IMG/VR virus record: IMGVR_UViG_3300047457_000779 | Coordinates: 1 to 29,384 of that record | Strand: one strand, 5' to 3' | Origin: a virus | Lineage: Duplodnaviria; Caudoviricetes | Length of the DNA: 29,384 nucleotides | In this document: positions 18,724 to 25,899 of the stretch, one piece after another | How the letters are laid out: the number at the start of each line of letters is the position of its first letter | How positions within the stretch are numbered: the first letter of the stretch is position 1 | Position numbers and translations under genes: made by a program | Notes under the pieces: model-generated | What the model was told of the DNA's origin: nothing | What the model saw: only the letters and a program-made list of their open reading frames with translations | Database searches by the model: none

Positions 18724-19539
18724 ATGGAGATGCTTCGCAACATCCCGGAGAACGAGTACCACTCGTGGGACATGATGAGCGCGTCGGCGCTCAAGACGCT
18801 CGACCGCGCCACGCCGCTGCACCTGCTGGCGGAGCGCGAGAACGCGACAGACAGCCCCGCCTTCCGCGTCGGTCGCGCCTTGCACAGTTTGCTGCTGACG
18901 CCGGAGGCATACGAACTCGACTTCGTCACCGCCCCGGACGTTGACCGCCGGACCAAGGCTGGTAAGGAAGAATGGGAGAAGTTTCTTACGATCGCTGACG
19001 GGCGCACCGTCCTCACCAAGGACGAGTCAAACCTCATCGAGGAGATGCGCGGCGGCGTGATGAGCCACGAGTCGGCCCGCCTGCTCGTCAATGCGCTCAC
19101 CGACCGCGAACTCACCCTGCGCGGGGAGTGGGACGGCGTCCCGTGCAAGGCCCGCATCGACGGGTGGATCGAGGACACCGGGACGATCATCGACATCAAG
19201 ACCCACAGCGGGCTGGCGTCACCCCGCGACTTCGCCAAGGCGGCGCACAACTTCGGGTACTGGACGCAGTTCGCGTTCTACCGCGAGATGATGCGCAGGG
19301 CAGGCAAGGACGTGGCGAACGTCATCCTGATCGTGGTCGAGAAGGCCGCGCCGCACGCCTGCCTCTGCGCCGCGCTCCACCCCGACGACCTTGACCTCGC
19401 CACGGCGAGGCTCCCGGACCTCGTAAACCTGTACCGCACCTACATGTCGGACCCCCACAAGGGATGGAACGACGAGATCACCGAGATTCGGATGCCTGCG
19501 TGGGCGTCCGCCGACATGATGGCCCCTACCGGAGAATGA
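18724..19539 (+). CDS. RecE/ExoVIII-like PD-(D/E)xK exonuclease (DUF3799-type)
   Basis: YH..SASALK, G.ALHSLLL.P, DRRTKAGKE, CKARID, IIDIKT, Y..Q.AFY, VEK motifs. Confidence 0.9.
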   Translation: MEMLRNIPENEYHSWDMMSASALKTLDRATPLHLLAERENATDSPAFRVGRALHSLLLTPEAYELDFVTAPDVDRRTKAGKEEWEKFLTIADGRTVLTKDESNLIEEMRGGVMSHESARLLVNALTDRELTLRGEWDGVPCKARIDGWIEDTGTIIDIKTHSGLASPRDFAKAAHNFGYWTQFAFYREMMRRAGKDVANVILIVVEKAAPHACLCAALHPDDLDLATARLPDLVNLYRTYMSDPHKGWNDEITEIRMPAWASADMMAPTGE

Positions 19540-19541
19540 AC

Positions 19542-20321
19542 ATGAACGTCGCGAAGACCGAACAGATCAACGAACTCGCCGCGGCACTCGCCAAGGCGAA
19601 CCTCGAAATCAAGAACGCGGAACTCGACCGCGTGAACCCGCACTTCAAGAACCGCTACGCAACGCTTGGCAGCATCCTCAACGCCGTGCGCGTCCCGCTT
19701 GCGAAGCATGGACTTGCGACGCTCCAGACCGTGCGCATGGAGCATGGGTGCGTGTTCGTCACCACGCTGCTGACGCACTCCTCCGGCCAGTGGATCGAGG
19801 AGTCGGCGGGCTTCCCGCTCCCAGACAAGGCGACCGTGCAGCAGATGGGTTCCTGCATCACCTACCTCCGCCGCTACGCGCTGGCCGCGATCGTCGGCAT
19901 TGTTGGCGACGAGGACGACGACGGCGAGGGCGACCGCGGAAGCCGCACCGAGCCGCGCCGTGAGCCGTTCAGGCCGCAGCAGGCGCAGGGTGCGCCCGCT
20001 CCGCGCCAGTCCGCGCCCGCCCCGAGGCGCGAGGAGGCGCAGGACGACGGCGAGTGGGAGCGCATCACCGTGAAGTACGTCGATGAGGGCGTGGCCGGAA
20101 AGAACCAGTCACCCTACGTCAAGTTGAAGGGCGAGGACGGGAAGGCGTTCATGGTGTGGGACGAGGCGCTGCACGTCGTCGCACGCGAGACGAAGGGATC
20201 GACGGTGTGGGTCATCTCCGAGCCGAGCAAGGCCCCGAACGGGATGCCGAGGATCGTTCAGTTGCGGACCGATGCTCCGGTCCCTGCGAAGTCAGGAGCA
20301 GACGTTGAAATCCCGTTATGA
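19542..20321 (+). CDS. erf: ERF-family single-strand annealing protein
   Basis: NPHFKNRYATL, T.L.HSSGQW, GSCITYLRRYALAAIVGI..DEDDDG; follows the RecE-like gene. Confidence 0.9.
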   Translation: MNVAKTEQINELAAALAKANLEIKNAELDRVNPHFKNRYATLGSILNAVRVPLAKHGLATLQTVRMEHGCVFVTTLLTHSSGQWIEESAGFPLPDKATVQQMGSCITYLRRYALAAIVGIVGDEDDDGEGDRGSRTEPRREPFRPQQAQGAPAPRQSAPAPRREEAQDDGEWERITVKYVDEGVAGKNQSPYVKLKGEDGKAFMVWDEALHVVARETKGSTVWVISEPSKAPNGMPRIVQLRTDAPVPAKSGADVEIPL

Positions 20322-20655
20322 CCGAGGCCCGCGTCCGTTCAAGCAGGTCAAGGGCGCCGTATGCCCGGTCACCGGATACTCGTGCGCGTATGCGTACAAG
20401 CACGGATGCAGGTGCGTGGCCTGCGTGGACGCGCACCGCATCCGCTGCTACCGCACGAAGGACAGGGCATCGCGTGGCATCAAGGTCACGCTGAAGGTGA
20501 AGTGCAACTTCCCCGACCACAGGCCGTACACCGGATACCAGTACGGGTGCAGGTGCAGGCGGTGCAAGGCCGGGAACGCAGAGACGATGAAGAAGTACCG
20601 CGACAGAAGGAGGATGCCGAAGTGTGCGGAACAGACGACGAACCCTACTGGCTGA
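20305..20655 (+). CDS. Basic Cys-rich putative Zn-binding protein with two Y..GCRC..C motifs
   Basis: YKHGCRCVAC and YQYGCRCRRC; TTG start after AGGAG (ATG 20272 is an alternative). Confidence 0.65.
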   Translation: MKSRYDRGPRPFKQVKGAVCPVTGYSCAYAYKHGCRCVACVDAHRIRCYRTKDRASRGIKVTLKVKCNFPDHRPYTGYQYGCRCRRCKAGNAETMKKYRDRRRMPKCAEQTTNPTG

Positions 20656-20771
20656 CCGAGCGCGATATCGCATACGAGCGATGCGGCAACGACTGCGACT
20701 GCCGACGAAGCGATCCTCCGGATACATGGTGCTACAAGCACGACGACTGGCGCGAGGAGGCCGAGCCGTGA
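20622..20771 (+). CDS. Small acidic Cys-containing hypothetical protein (49 aa)
   Basis: AAGGAGG RBS, GTG start, GTGA overlap with the next gene. Confidence 0.55.
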   Translation: MCGTDDEPYWLTERDIAYERCGNDCDCRRSDPPDTWCYKHDDWREEAEP

Positions 20772-21058
20772 CCGACGACCAACTTCACCGGGAACTCGTT
20801 CGTATGGCGTGCGACCTCGTGTCGAAGGAACACGAGGTAAGGCAACTCCGGGCCGAGCGTGACGAGGCGAGGCGGCTCCTGAAGGCTGTCGTAGACATGA
20901 TGCGGGACAACATGGCTCCCGATGCAACGCACCCGAAGCACGTGTGCGACTTCATTTACTGTCCTGAAGTCGCTACGTGCATGGTGTGCGAGAATTGGAC
21001 GGATGCAATGGTGATGTGCTACCCCGATGATTTTCAAGACGAGGAGGACAAGCCATGA
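20768..21058 (+). CDS. AERDEARR-family hypothetical protein with Cys-rich C-terminus
   Basis: GAGGAGG RBS, GTGA/ATGA coupling, box A repeat. Confidence 0.7.
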   Translation: MTDDQLHRELVRMACDLVSKEHEVRQLRAERDEARRLLKAVVDMMRDNMAPDATHPKHVCDFIYCPEVATCMVCENWTDAMVMCYPDDFQDEEDKP

Positions 21059-21420
21059 CACCAGCACCCACAACGGCACACATGAGCAACTTCGACCCCA
21101 TCCCACGGCTTCAGCAGATTGTCGCAACCATTGAGGACGGAGGACACTTCGACTCCCCCGCCACCGCAGCGCACTACATCAATTGTGCGATCAAGGAGAT
21201 CGAACGGCTGCGGCAGGAGTATGGCGAGGCACGGCGGGCAATTGGAGATTCGCTTCAAACGCTGATTCACCTTCGGCAGGAGCAGAACGCGCTCCGCGAA
21301 GAGCGAGATGACATACGGCGTTCGTACTGCTCGCTGATGGAGGCGTACCGAGGCGGCGATGGCAGGGTCACCGCGAACAAACTCGGATGGGGCTACCTGT
21401 TTGAGGAGGATTCCAAGTGA
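21055..21420 (+). CDS. Divergent AERDEARR/GWDCF-family protein (121 aa)
   Basis: LRQEYGEARR, LREERDDIRRSYC, GWGYLFEEDSK*. Confidence 0.7.
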   Translation: MTPAPTTAHMSNFDPIPRLQQIVATIEDGGHFDSPATAAHYINCAIKEIERLRQEYGEARRAIGDSLQTLIHLRQEQNALREERDDIRRSYCSLMEAYRGGDGRVTANKLGWGYLFEEDSK

Positions 21421-21692
21421 ACGACACCAAAACACCGCGCACAGACGCGGAGGCAACACAATCGTGTGACACTAGTCTGCGGTCGGCATTCGTTGTTCAT
21501 GTGGAGTTTGCCCGTGAACTGGAGCGGGAGATCGCCCGCCTCCGCGCCGAGCGCGACGAGGCGAGGCGGGAATGTCGTCTGCTGTTGCTCGGTCAAGAGG
21601 TGCTACGCGGTGTGCGCGATCTTCCTGCACCTCCCGACGATCTGGTGACGATTGTCCCTGTGCCACGAAAGGAGGACGAGCCATGCCAGTAG
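21417..21692 (+). CDS. AERDEARR-family protein with TPRTDA...FARELERE N-terminus (91 aa)
   Basis: GTGA coupling; exact box A copy. Confidence 0.7.
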   Translation: MNDTKTPRTDAEATQSCDTSLRSAFVVHVEFARELEREIARLRAERDEARRECRLLLLGQEVLRGVRDLPAPPDDLVTIVPVPRKEDEPCQ

Positions 21693-21868
21693 GCGGCAGA
21701 TACAAGAACACGAAGTATGGACACAACGCATCGGGCGACGATGTGTTCTTCATCCTCATCCCGATCTTCGCGGTCGTCCTGCTCATTGCGATGATCGGGG
21801 AGGCCCGGAGAGCCAAGAGCAGCACGAACCACAACACCACACAGAAGGAGACTCGCCATGTTCAGTAA
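21683..21868 (+). CDS. Small single-TM membrane protein (61 aa)
   Basis: AAGGAGG RBS; VFFILIPIFAVVLLIAMIG. Confidence 0.6.
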   Translation: MPVGGRYKNTKYGHNASGDDVFFILIPIFAVVLLIAMIGEARRAKSSTNHNTTQKETRHVQ

Positions 21869-22034
21869 CACCTGCGCCATGACACTAGCACAGAAGTCAG
21901 ACCGCATCCTCGCCCAGACGCGAGGCTTGAGCGGAGCGACACCGAACGCCACGCAACTCATCGAAGCATTGCGGTCAGCGTTGGAGGAAAACATGAAGGA
22001 AGTGCAGCGGCTACGGAAGGAGGACGGCAAGTGA
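21858..22034 (+). CDS. Small coiled-coil protein ending RLRKEDGK* (58 aa)
   Basis: AAGGAG RBS; ends in a partial box B; below the ORF-track cutoff, translated by hand. Confidence 0.6.
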   Translation: MFSNTCAMTLAQKSDRILAQTRGLSGATPNATQLIEALRSALEENMKEVQRLRKEDGK

Positions 22035-22258
22035 AAGACACAGACATCATTGCGGCGATTGCTCCTGACGCGGTATCGCTGATGGACAAGGCAATCGCGG
22101 AGATCAAGCGACTGCGGAAGGAGAACGCAACCCTCACCGCCGAGCGCGACGAGGCGAGGCGGGAGATATGTGTCATGCTTGAAGATGCAACCAATAATCA
22201 CCGAGAAAATCACGCAAAGAGATGGGGCTGGGACTGCTTCAAGGAGGACGGCAAGTGA
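22031..22258 (+). CDS. AERDEARR/GWDCF-family protein (75 aa)
   Basis: Boxes A and B; GTGA coupling at both ends. Confidence 0.75.
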   Translation: MKDTDIIAAIAPDAVSLMDKAIAEIKRLRKENATLTAERDEARREICVMLEDATNNHRENHAKRWGWDCFKEDGK

Positions 22259-22548
22259 GCGATGACATCACTACACGTCTGCGCCGCGACTGCATGAGCC
22301 TGATCGCGGATGAAGCAGCCGACACCATCGAACGCCTCCGCAAGGAGCGAGACGAAATGCAGGTCGAACTACGGAAGGCTGAAACCGAATGCTCCATGCT
22401 CCGCGTTGAGTGTGGAGTGGTTGCCGCCGAGCGCGACGAGGCGAGGCGGATGTATTGCTACGCAATCCCGGAGAATTGCGATGAACGCGAAGCAAGAAAG
22501 ATTGCGTGGGAGCGCGGCTGGGACTGCTTCAAGGAGGACGGCAAGTGA
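22255..22548 (+). CDS. AERDEARR/GWDCF-family protein (97 aa)
   Basis: DDITTRLR..EAADTIERLR, boxes A and B. Confidence 0.75.
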   Translation: MSDDITTRLRRDCMSLIADEAADTIERLRKERDEMQVELRKAETECSMLRVECGVVAAERDEARRMYCYAIPENCDEREARKIAWERGWDCFKEDGK

Positions 22549-22715
22549 ACGACACCGAACTCACGGAGTGGCTGTTGCGGCAGAAGGGAACGACCGCCAC
22601 GGTCGGCATGATCGCCGTGCAACGCATCAAGGAACTCAAGCGCGAACTCGCCCGTGCCAATCAGCGGCTCGGGCTGTATATGCACCACGCCTCCAAGAAG
22701 AAAGCCAAGCCATGA
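22545..22715 (+). CDS. Small coiled-coil hypothetical protein (56 aa)
   Basis: GTGA/ATGA coupling; RIKELKRELARA. Confidence 0.6.
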   Translation: MNDTELTEWLLRQKGTTATVGMIAVQRIKELKRELARANQRLGLYMHHASKKKAKP

Positions 22716-22966
22716 AGAACGACCCCTTCCCGACCGACGCGGACATCGTGAAGCGCCTGCGCGAGATCGTCGCCGAGCCGCAGAAATGGTGCAGCACCGA
22801 CGCGGACTACGTGGACGACGCCGCCGACGCCATCGAACGCCTCACCGCCGAGCGCGACGAGGCGAGGCGGGAGTTATGCCGACACGAAGCGGACGGCGCT
22901 GACTGCGAACGGGAGTACGCGGCGATGCGCGGGTGGGACTGCTTCCCGGAGGCGGAGCCGCACTGA
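22712..22966 (+). CDS. AERDEARR/GWDCF-family protein (84 aa)
   Basis: DIVKRLR..DAADAIERL, box A, GWDCF. Confidence 0.75.
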   Translation: MKNDPFPTDADIVKRLREIVAEPQKWCSTDADYVDDAADAIERLTAERDEARRELCRHEADGADCEREYAAMRGWDCFPEAEPH

Positions 22967-23517
22967 TGAGGACGGTCCCGACACCCGCGCACCTCGTTGT
23001 GCGCATACGCAAGGAGTGCGAAAGTGGCAGGAAGTTCATCGACATCGCGCAGGAACTCGGGGTTTCTGCGCAGACGGTATCGAACATATGGCTGCGGAGA
23101 ACCCGCACGGAGGTCATGGATGACGGAAGAACTGTTGGAGAGGTTGTGGGAGGATGCGGCTCTCGGGAGCGTCCTTTCCAGAGAGGCTGCTCTCGGTATC
23201 GAAAGACTCGTTTCCGAAGGCATGGAAAGGGAGAAGGAGATGACGCGGCTGGCAACGCGCAACGCACTGCTCGTCATAGAGATCGACTCGCTTCGATCCT
23301 CGCTCAAGGAAGGGACGCAGAACTAGTGGCTCCGCAGGACTGGCACAAGGATCAGAAGGCCGTGTGGCTGGACCACCCGGTATGGGATCGCGTGAGGCTT
23401 CGGGCCGTGAAGTCGGGCCGCACCATCCGCGAACAGGTCAACATACTCCTCGCACTGGGACTCGCCGCCAAGGAAGGGGACGATGATGTCACGAGCAAGA
23501 GAAAACCCGGACGATGA
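22966..23517 (+). CDS. HTH DNA-binding protein in frame with a C-terminal ribbon-helix-helix-like domain (internal GTG start 23326)
   Basis: FIDIAQELGVSAQTVSNI (HTH); KAVWLDHPVWDRVRLRAVKSGRTIREQVNILL (RHH-like). Confidence 0.6.
   Translation: MRTVPTPAHLVVRIRKECESGRKFIDIAQELGVSAQTVSNIWLRRTRTEVMDDGRTVGEVVGGCGSRERPFQRGCSRYRKTRFRRHGKGEGDDAAGNAQRTARHRDRLASILAQGRDAELVAPQDWHKDQKAVWLDHPVWDRVRLRAVKSGRTIREQVNILLALGLAAKEGDDDVTSKRKPGR
23120..23326 (+). CDS. Small coiled-coil hypothetical protein (68 aa), nested in another frame
   Basis: GGAGG RBS; natural-looking helical sequence MTEELLERLWEDAA...; TAGTG coupling to the RHH start. Confidence 0.6.
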   Translation: MTEELLERLWEDAALGSVLSREAALGIERLVSEGMEREKEMTRLATRNALLVIEIDSLRSSLKEGTQN

Positions 23518-23803
23518 CCCCGGACTTCAGTTGCGGCTGCGGCTTGCATCCGAGCGCAGGGAGGCTCGGGCGCACCAGATAGCCGCCGCGCTCGACGAGG
23601 TGCTTGCCCTTGCCATCGTCGTGCTTGCCCACGCCGGGTCCACGACGAGGGGGATGCAGGCACGGAGGGCGAAGCGGCTTGCCGGGAGGTTCCGGAACTT
23701 CAGGGACGAGGCGTTGGAAGGACACTCACCGTGCCAGAACATCATGGCACACACGGACATAGACCATGAGCCAATGGAAAATCACGATCGTCTGGTACGT
23801 TGA
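23483..23803 (+). CDS. Hypothetical helical protein (~106 aa)
   Basis: AAGGAAGGGG upstream; fills the operon gap. Confidence 0.55.
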   Translation: MMSRARENPDDDPGLQLRLRLASERREARAHQIAAALDEVLALAIVVLAHAGSTTRGMQARRAKRLAGRFRNFRDEALEGHSPCQNIMAHTDIDHEPMENHDRLVR

Positions 23804-24137
23804 CGGGCGCTCCGCCGTGCAGGCCGACGCCGAGTTCACGAGCATCGAATGCTCGGATGACCCGCTTGAGCACGCGATGCTCGTCGCAGGCGCACTCCGC
23901 AGGCTCGACGCCGAGGCGCACGCACGCCTGAACAGGCTGGAGGATGGGTACGACGAGCGGAAAACGACCATCCTCCTCACCGGGAACGGACGCTCCCGGT
24001 CGCTGACCGTCAGGGACACCATGTGGATGCCGAGCAAGGACGCCGAAAGATGCGCACACCAAGTGATGGAATGGCTGACTGCGGAGGAAACGGCGGACCT
24101 GCTCCTGCCCTCACGCTCACGCTCCCGCCGCCGATGA
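23766..24137 (+). CDS. Hypothetical protein (123 aa)
   Basis: Protein-like composition; operon position. Confidence 0.55.
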   Translation: MSQWKITIVWYVDGRSAVQADAEFTSIECSDDPLEHAMLVAGALRRLDAEAHARLNRLEDGYDERKTTILLTGNGRSRSLTVRDTMWMPSKDAERCAHQVMEWLTAEETADLLLPSRSRSRRR

Positions 24138-24469
24138 TGCCGGGTGCAAACTCCCGCTGCCACTGGCGGGTCAGGCACAAGGCTGCGCGACAGGACCGCT
24201 ACGTTGCGGCGACCCTCGCGCTTGCGGAAACCCGGAAGTCGGGTGCATGGGAGCCGTTGGAGGGGGCGGCCCTGACCGTGACATGGCGCGGTCGGGGCCG
24301 TCTCCCCGACCCCGACAACATCGGGGGACGCACCAAGGCGTACATCGACGGGCTGACCGACGCCGGGGTGTGGAAGGACGACAGCGTGGTCAAGGCCATC
24401 ACCTTCCGCACCGAGCGGGCGGCCCGCCTCTGCGACCGTGCCGTGGTCATCAGGATCGACCGCGCATGA
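24050..24469 (+). CDS. rusA: RusA-like Holliday junction resolvase (start uncertain)
   Basis: LTLP.P...AN N-terminus and DPDN...TK..IDGL.DAGVWKDDS motif. Confidence 0.8.
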   Translation: MRTPSDGMADCGGNGGPAPALTLTLPPPMMPGANSRCHWRVRHKAARQDRYVAATLALAETRKSGAWEPLEGAALTVTWRGRGRLPDPDNIGGRTKAYIDGLTDAGVWKDDSVVKAITFRTERAARLCDRAVVIRIDRA

Positions 24470-24888
24470 GGCCGATCTACGAGACGAGGGACGACCGTGC
24501 TCGGCAGCGCACGGCGATGGCGCGGGTCTGCGCCGCCACCGGGACGGACGCACGGGAGACTCCGGCCCTCTGCGCGTGGGACTACGAGGTGCTTCGGGAC
24601 GGGGGCGTGGTCGCCATAGCCGAGGTCAAGTGCCGCCTCTGCGCCTCGTCCACCTACCCCACCTACATGATCTCGCTTCGGAAGATGGACGAGATGGGCA
24701 TGGAGGCCGCCGAGCGCGGGATCACGGCCATCCTCGTCGTGGCATGGCAGGACCGCACGGGGTTCGCCATGATCCCCGAGGCACTGGCGACCGGGCTGAA
24801 GGCGCACGGCGGGCGCACGGACAGGAACGACCCCGCCGACATGGAGTCAGTGCTGCACATACCCATCGACAGGTTCAAGTTCGTCTAG
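24466..24888 (+). CDS. PD-(D/E)xK-like nuclease-fold phage protein (140 aa)
   Basis: WDY....AIAEVKCR; GGRTDRND..D.E C-terminal motif; ATGA coupling. Confidence 0.65.
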   Translation: MRPIYETRDDRARQRTAMARVCAATGTDARETPALCAWDYEVLRDGGVVAIAEVKCRLCASSTYPTYMISLRKMDEMGMEAAERGITAILVVAWQDRTGFAMIPEALATGLKAHGGRTDRNDPADMESVLHIPIDRFKFV

Positions 24889-24985
24889 TGGACGACAGCC
24901 CCGCGTTCCGCGTGGCCTCATCCCGGAGGCAGGTTCCGTTACCCCATCGTTCCTCGCACCGGGGCGTGCCTCGCGGCCTTCTGCC

Positions 24986-25066
24986 GATGCCCGAGCGGGA
25001 ATCGAACCCGCATCGCCTCGCGTGTAGGTTATCGCGTGGATCGAATGCGCCACACACCCCGGCATC
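24986..25066 (-). tRNA. Degenerate tRNA-like element (anticodon not assignable)
   Basis: Canonical T-arm GCGGG-TTCGATT-CCCGC; acceptor GCCGGGG/CTCGGGC with a G.G mismatch; D-stem GTGG/CCAC; abnormal anticodon arm; no CCA. Confidence 0.45.
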
Positions 25067-25288
25067 TGTAGCACTTTCGCTCCACGGGGTGATGCCTCAT
25101 AACACGCACCTGACTTCCACTTTCTTGAACCTTGGCGTGTCGAAACATCGTTCGGTGCGCCCGGTCGGCAAGGTTTCCGCACTGCCCGGTTGCTTTCGGT
25201 TGCCGTTGGTTAGCCGATCTGTATGCGTTTCGGTGAGAAACGGCCACTTCATAGGCGAATCGGTACGGGCATAAGCGTTTCCGGGCGG

Positions 25289-25327
25289 GAAAGAGAAAGC
25301 CCCGCGCCTCGTGTGGAAGCGCGGGGC
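25289..25327 (-). terminator. Intrinsic terminator of the leftward gene array
   Basis: GCCCCGCGC/GCGCGGGGC 9-bp stem followed by TTTCTCTTT on the minus strand, ~35 bp after the last gene. Confidence 0.8.
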
Positions 25328-25360
25328 CAAGGGGAGTCTCTGCCAAGAGACTTGTTCAGG

Positions 25361-25684
25361 CTACCACCGGATGGAGATTTCCACGGCCTCGCCGTTGAAT
25401 CCCAGTTCAAGTCGGCGGGGAGGCGGCTCCTGCCGCACCGGGCGCGGCTGCGCCACGGTCACGGCCACGGGCGCAGGGGCGGGTGGCGCAGGCTCGGGAG
25501 CGACCGGGTTCCACGGCGGGCTGACGCCGGGGAAGCGGTCCCATCCCTGCCCGTACCAGTTCGTGCCGTCCGTCCACGCGATCCCACCGTTCCACACGGT
25601 AACGGAGTCGGAGATTCGCAGGAGCATGTCGGCACTGGCGGCACGAGCGAGAAGCACGGCGGCGATGGTCGGCAGGTATCTCAC
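25361..25684 (-). CDS. Putative secreted/periplasmic Trp- and Pro-rich protein (107 aa)
   Basis: Signal-peptide-like MRYLPTIAAVLLARAASA; GTGA coupling. Confidence 0.65.
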   Translation of the reverse strand: MRYLPTIAAVLLARAASADMLLRISDSVTVWNGGIAWTDGTNWYGQGWDRFPGVSPPWNPVAPEPAPPAPAPVAVTVAQPRPVRQEPPPRRLELGFNGEAVEISIRW

Positions 25685-25899
25685 TTGGTTCCCTTCTTGT
25701 TCTTCTTCTCAAGGCGTTCGATGTGCGCGAGGCAGGCGCTCCACCTCGTGTTCAGGTGGACGATCTCGTCGCGGATGGCGGTCATCAGGGCGTGGTCGAG
25801 GCAGACATAGCCCTGCGCTTCCGCGTACCCGCACAGGTAGTTGATGCGGTCGATCGGCTTGTCCAAGCCAAGCCCGCAGTGGACTTTCACTTGCTCCAT
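25681..25899 (-). CDS. Hypothetical protein (72 aa)
   Basis: AGGAGG RBS; coupled at both ends. Confidence 0.65.
   Translation of the reverse strand: MEQVKVHCGLGLDKPIDRINYLCGYAEAQGYVCLDHALMTAIRDEIVHLNTRWSACLAHIERLEKKNKKGTK

Larger units (their letters stand above)
22017..22548 (+). repeat. Box B: 33-bp direct repeat GGCTGGGACTGCTTCAAGGAGGACGGCAAGTGA
   Basis: Exact at 22226-22258 and 22516-22548; 3' 18 bp at 22017-22034; partial or degenerate copies near 21385-21420 and 22931-22945. Confidence 0.95.
20852..22870 (+). repeat. Box A: dispersed 24-bp direct repeat GCCGAGCGCGACGAGGCGAGGCGG
   Basis: Exact at 21546, 22139, 22426, 22847; one mismatch at 20852. Confidence 0.95.

Noticed and set aside
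20852-22870. Box A/B repeats as a CRISPR array
   Set aside because: Spacing is hundreds of bp and irregular, the repeats are in-frame coding sequence, and no cas genes are present.
24898-24989. HDV-like/theta ribozyme beside the tRNA-like element (TCCTCGC loop, GCCCCG/CGGGGC, CATC/GATG)
   Set aside because: It is on the opposite strand to the tRNA-like element, P3 has only 2 bp, the P1.1 GG is missing and J4/2 lacks the C-x-R-A pattern.
25021-25035. Amber suppressor tRNA or TAG recoding (CTA in the loop)
   Set aside because: CTA is not centred in a canonical loop, and TAG ends several genes normally (7690, 23326, 24888, 25361).
24986-25066. tRNA fragment as attP of a temperate phage
   Set aside because: No integrase in the window, and the element is full-length but degenerate rather than a clean 3' half.
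17423-25268. 11-bp repeat AATCGGTACGG in both non-coding regions (17423 and 25258)
   Set aside because: Only two copies of an 11-mer, which cannot be distinguished from chance without comparative data.
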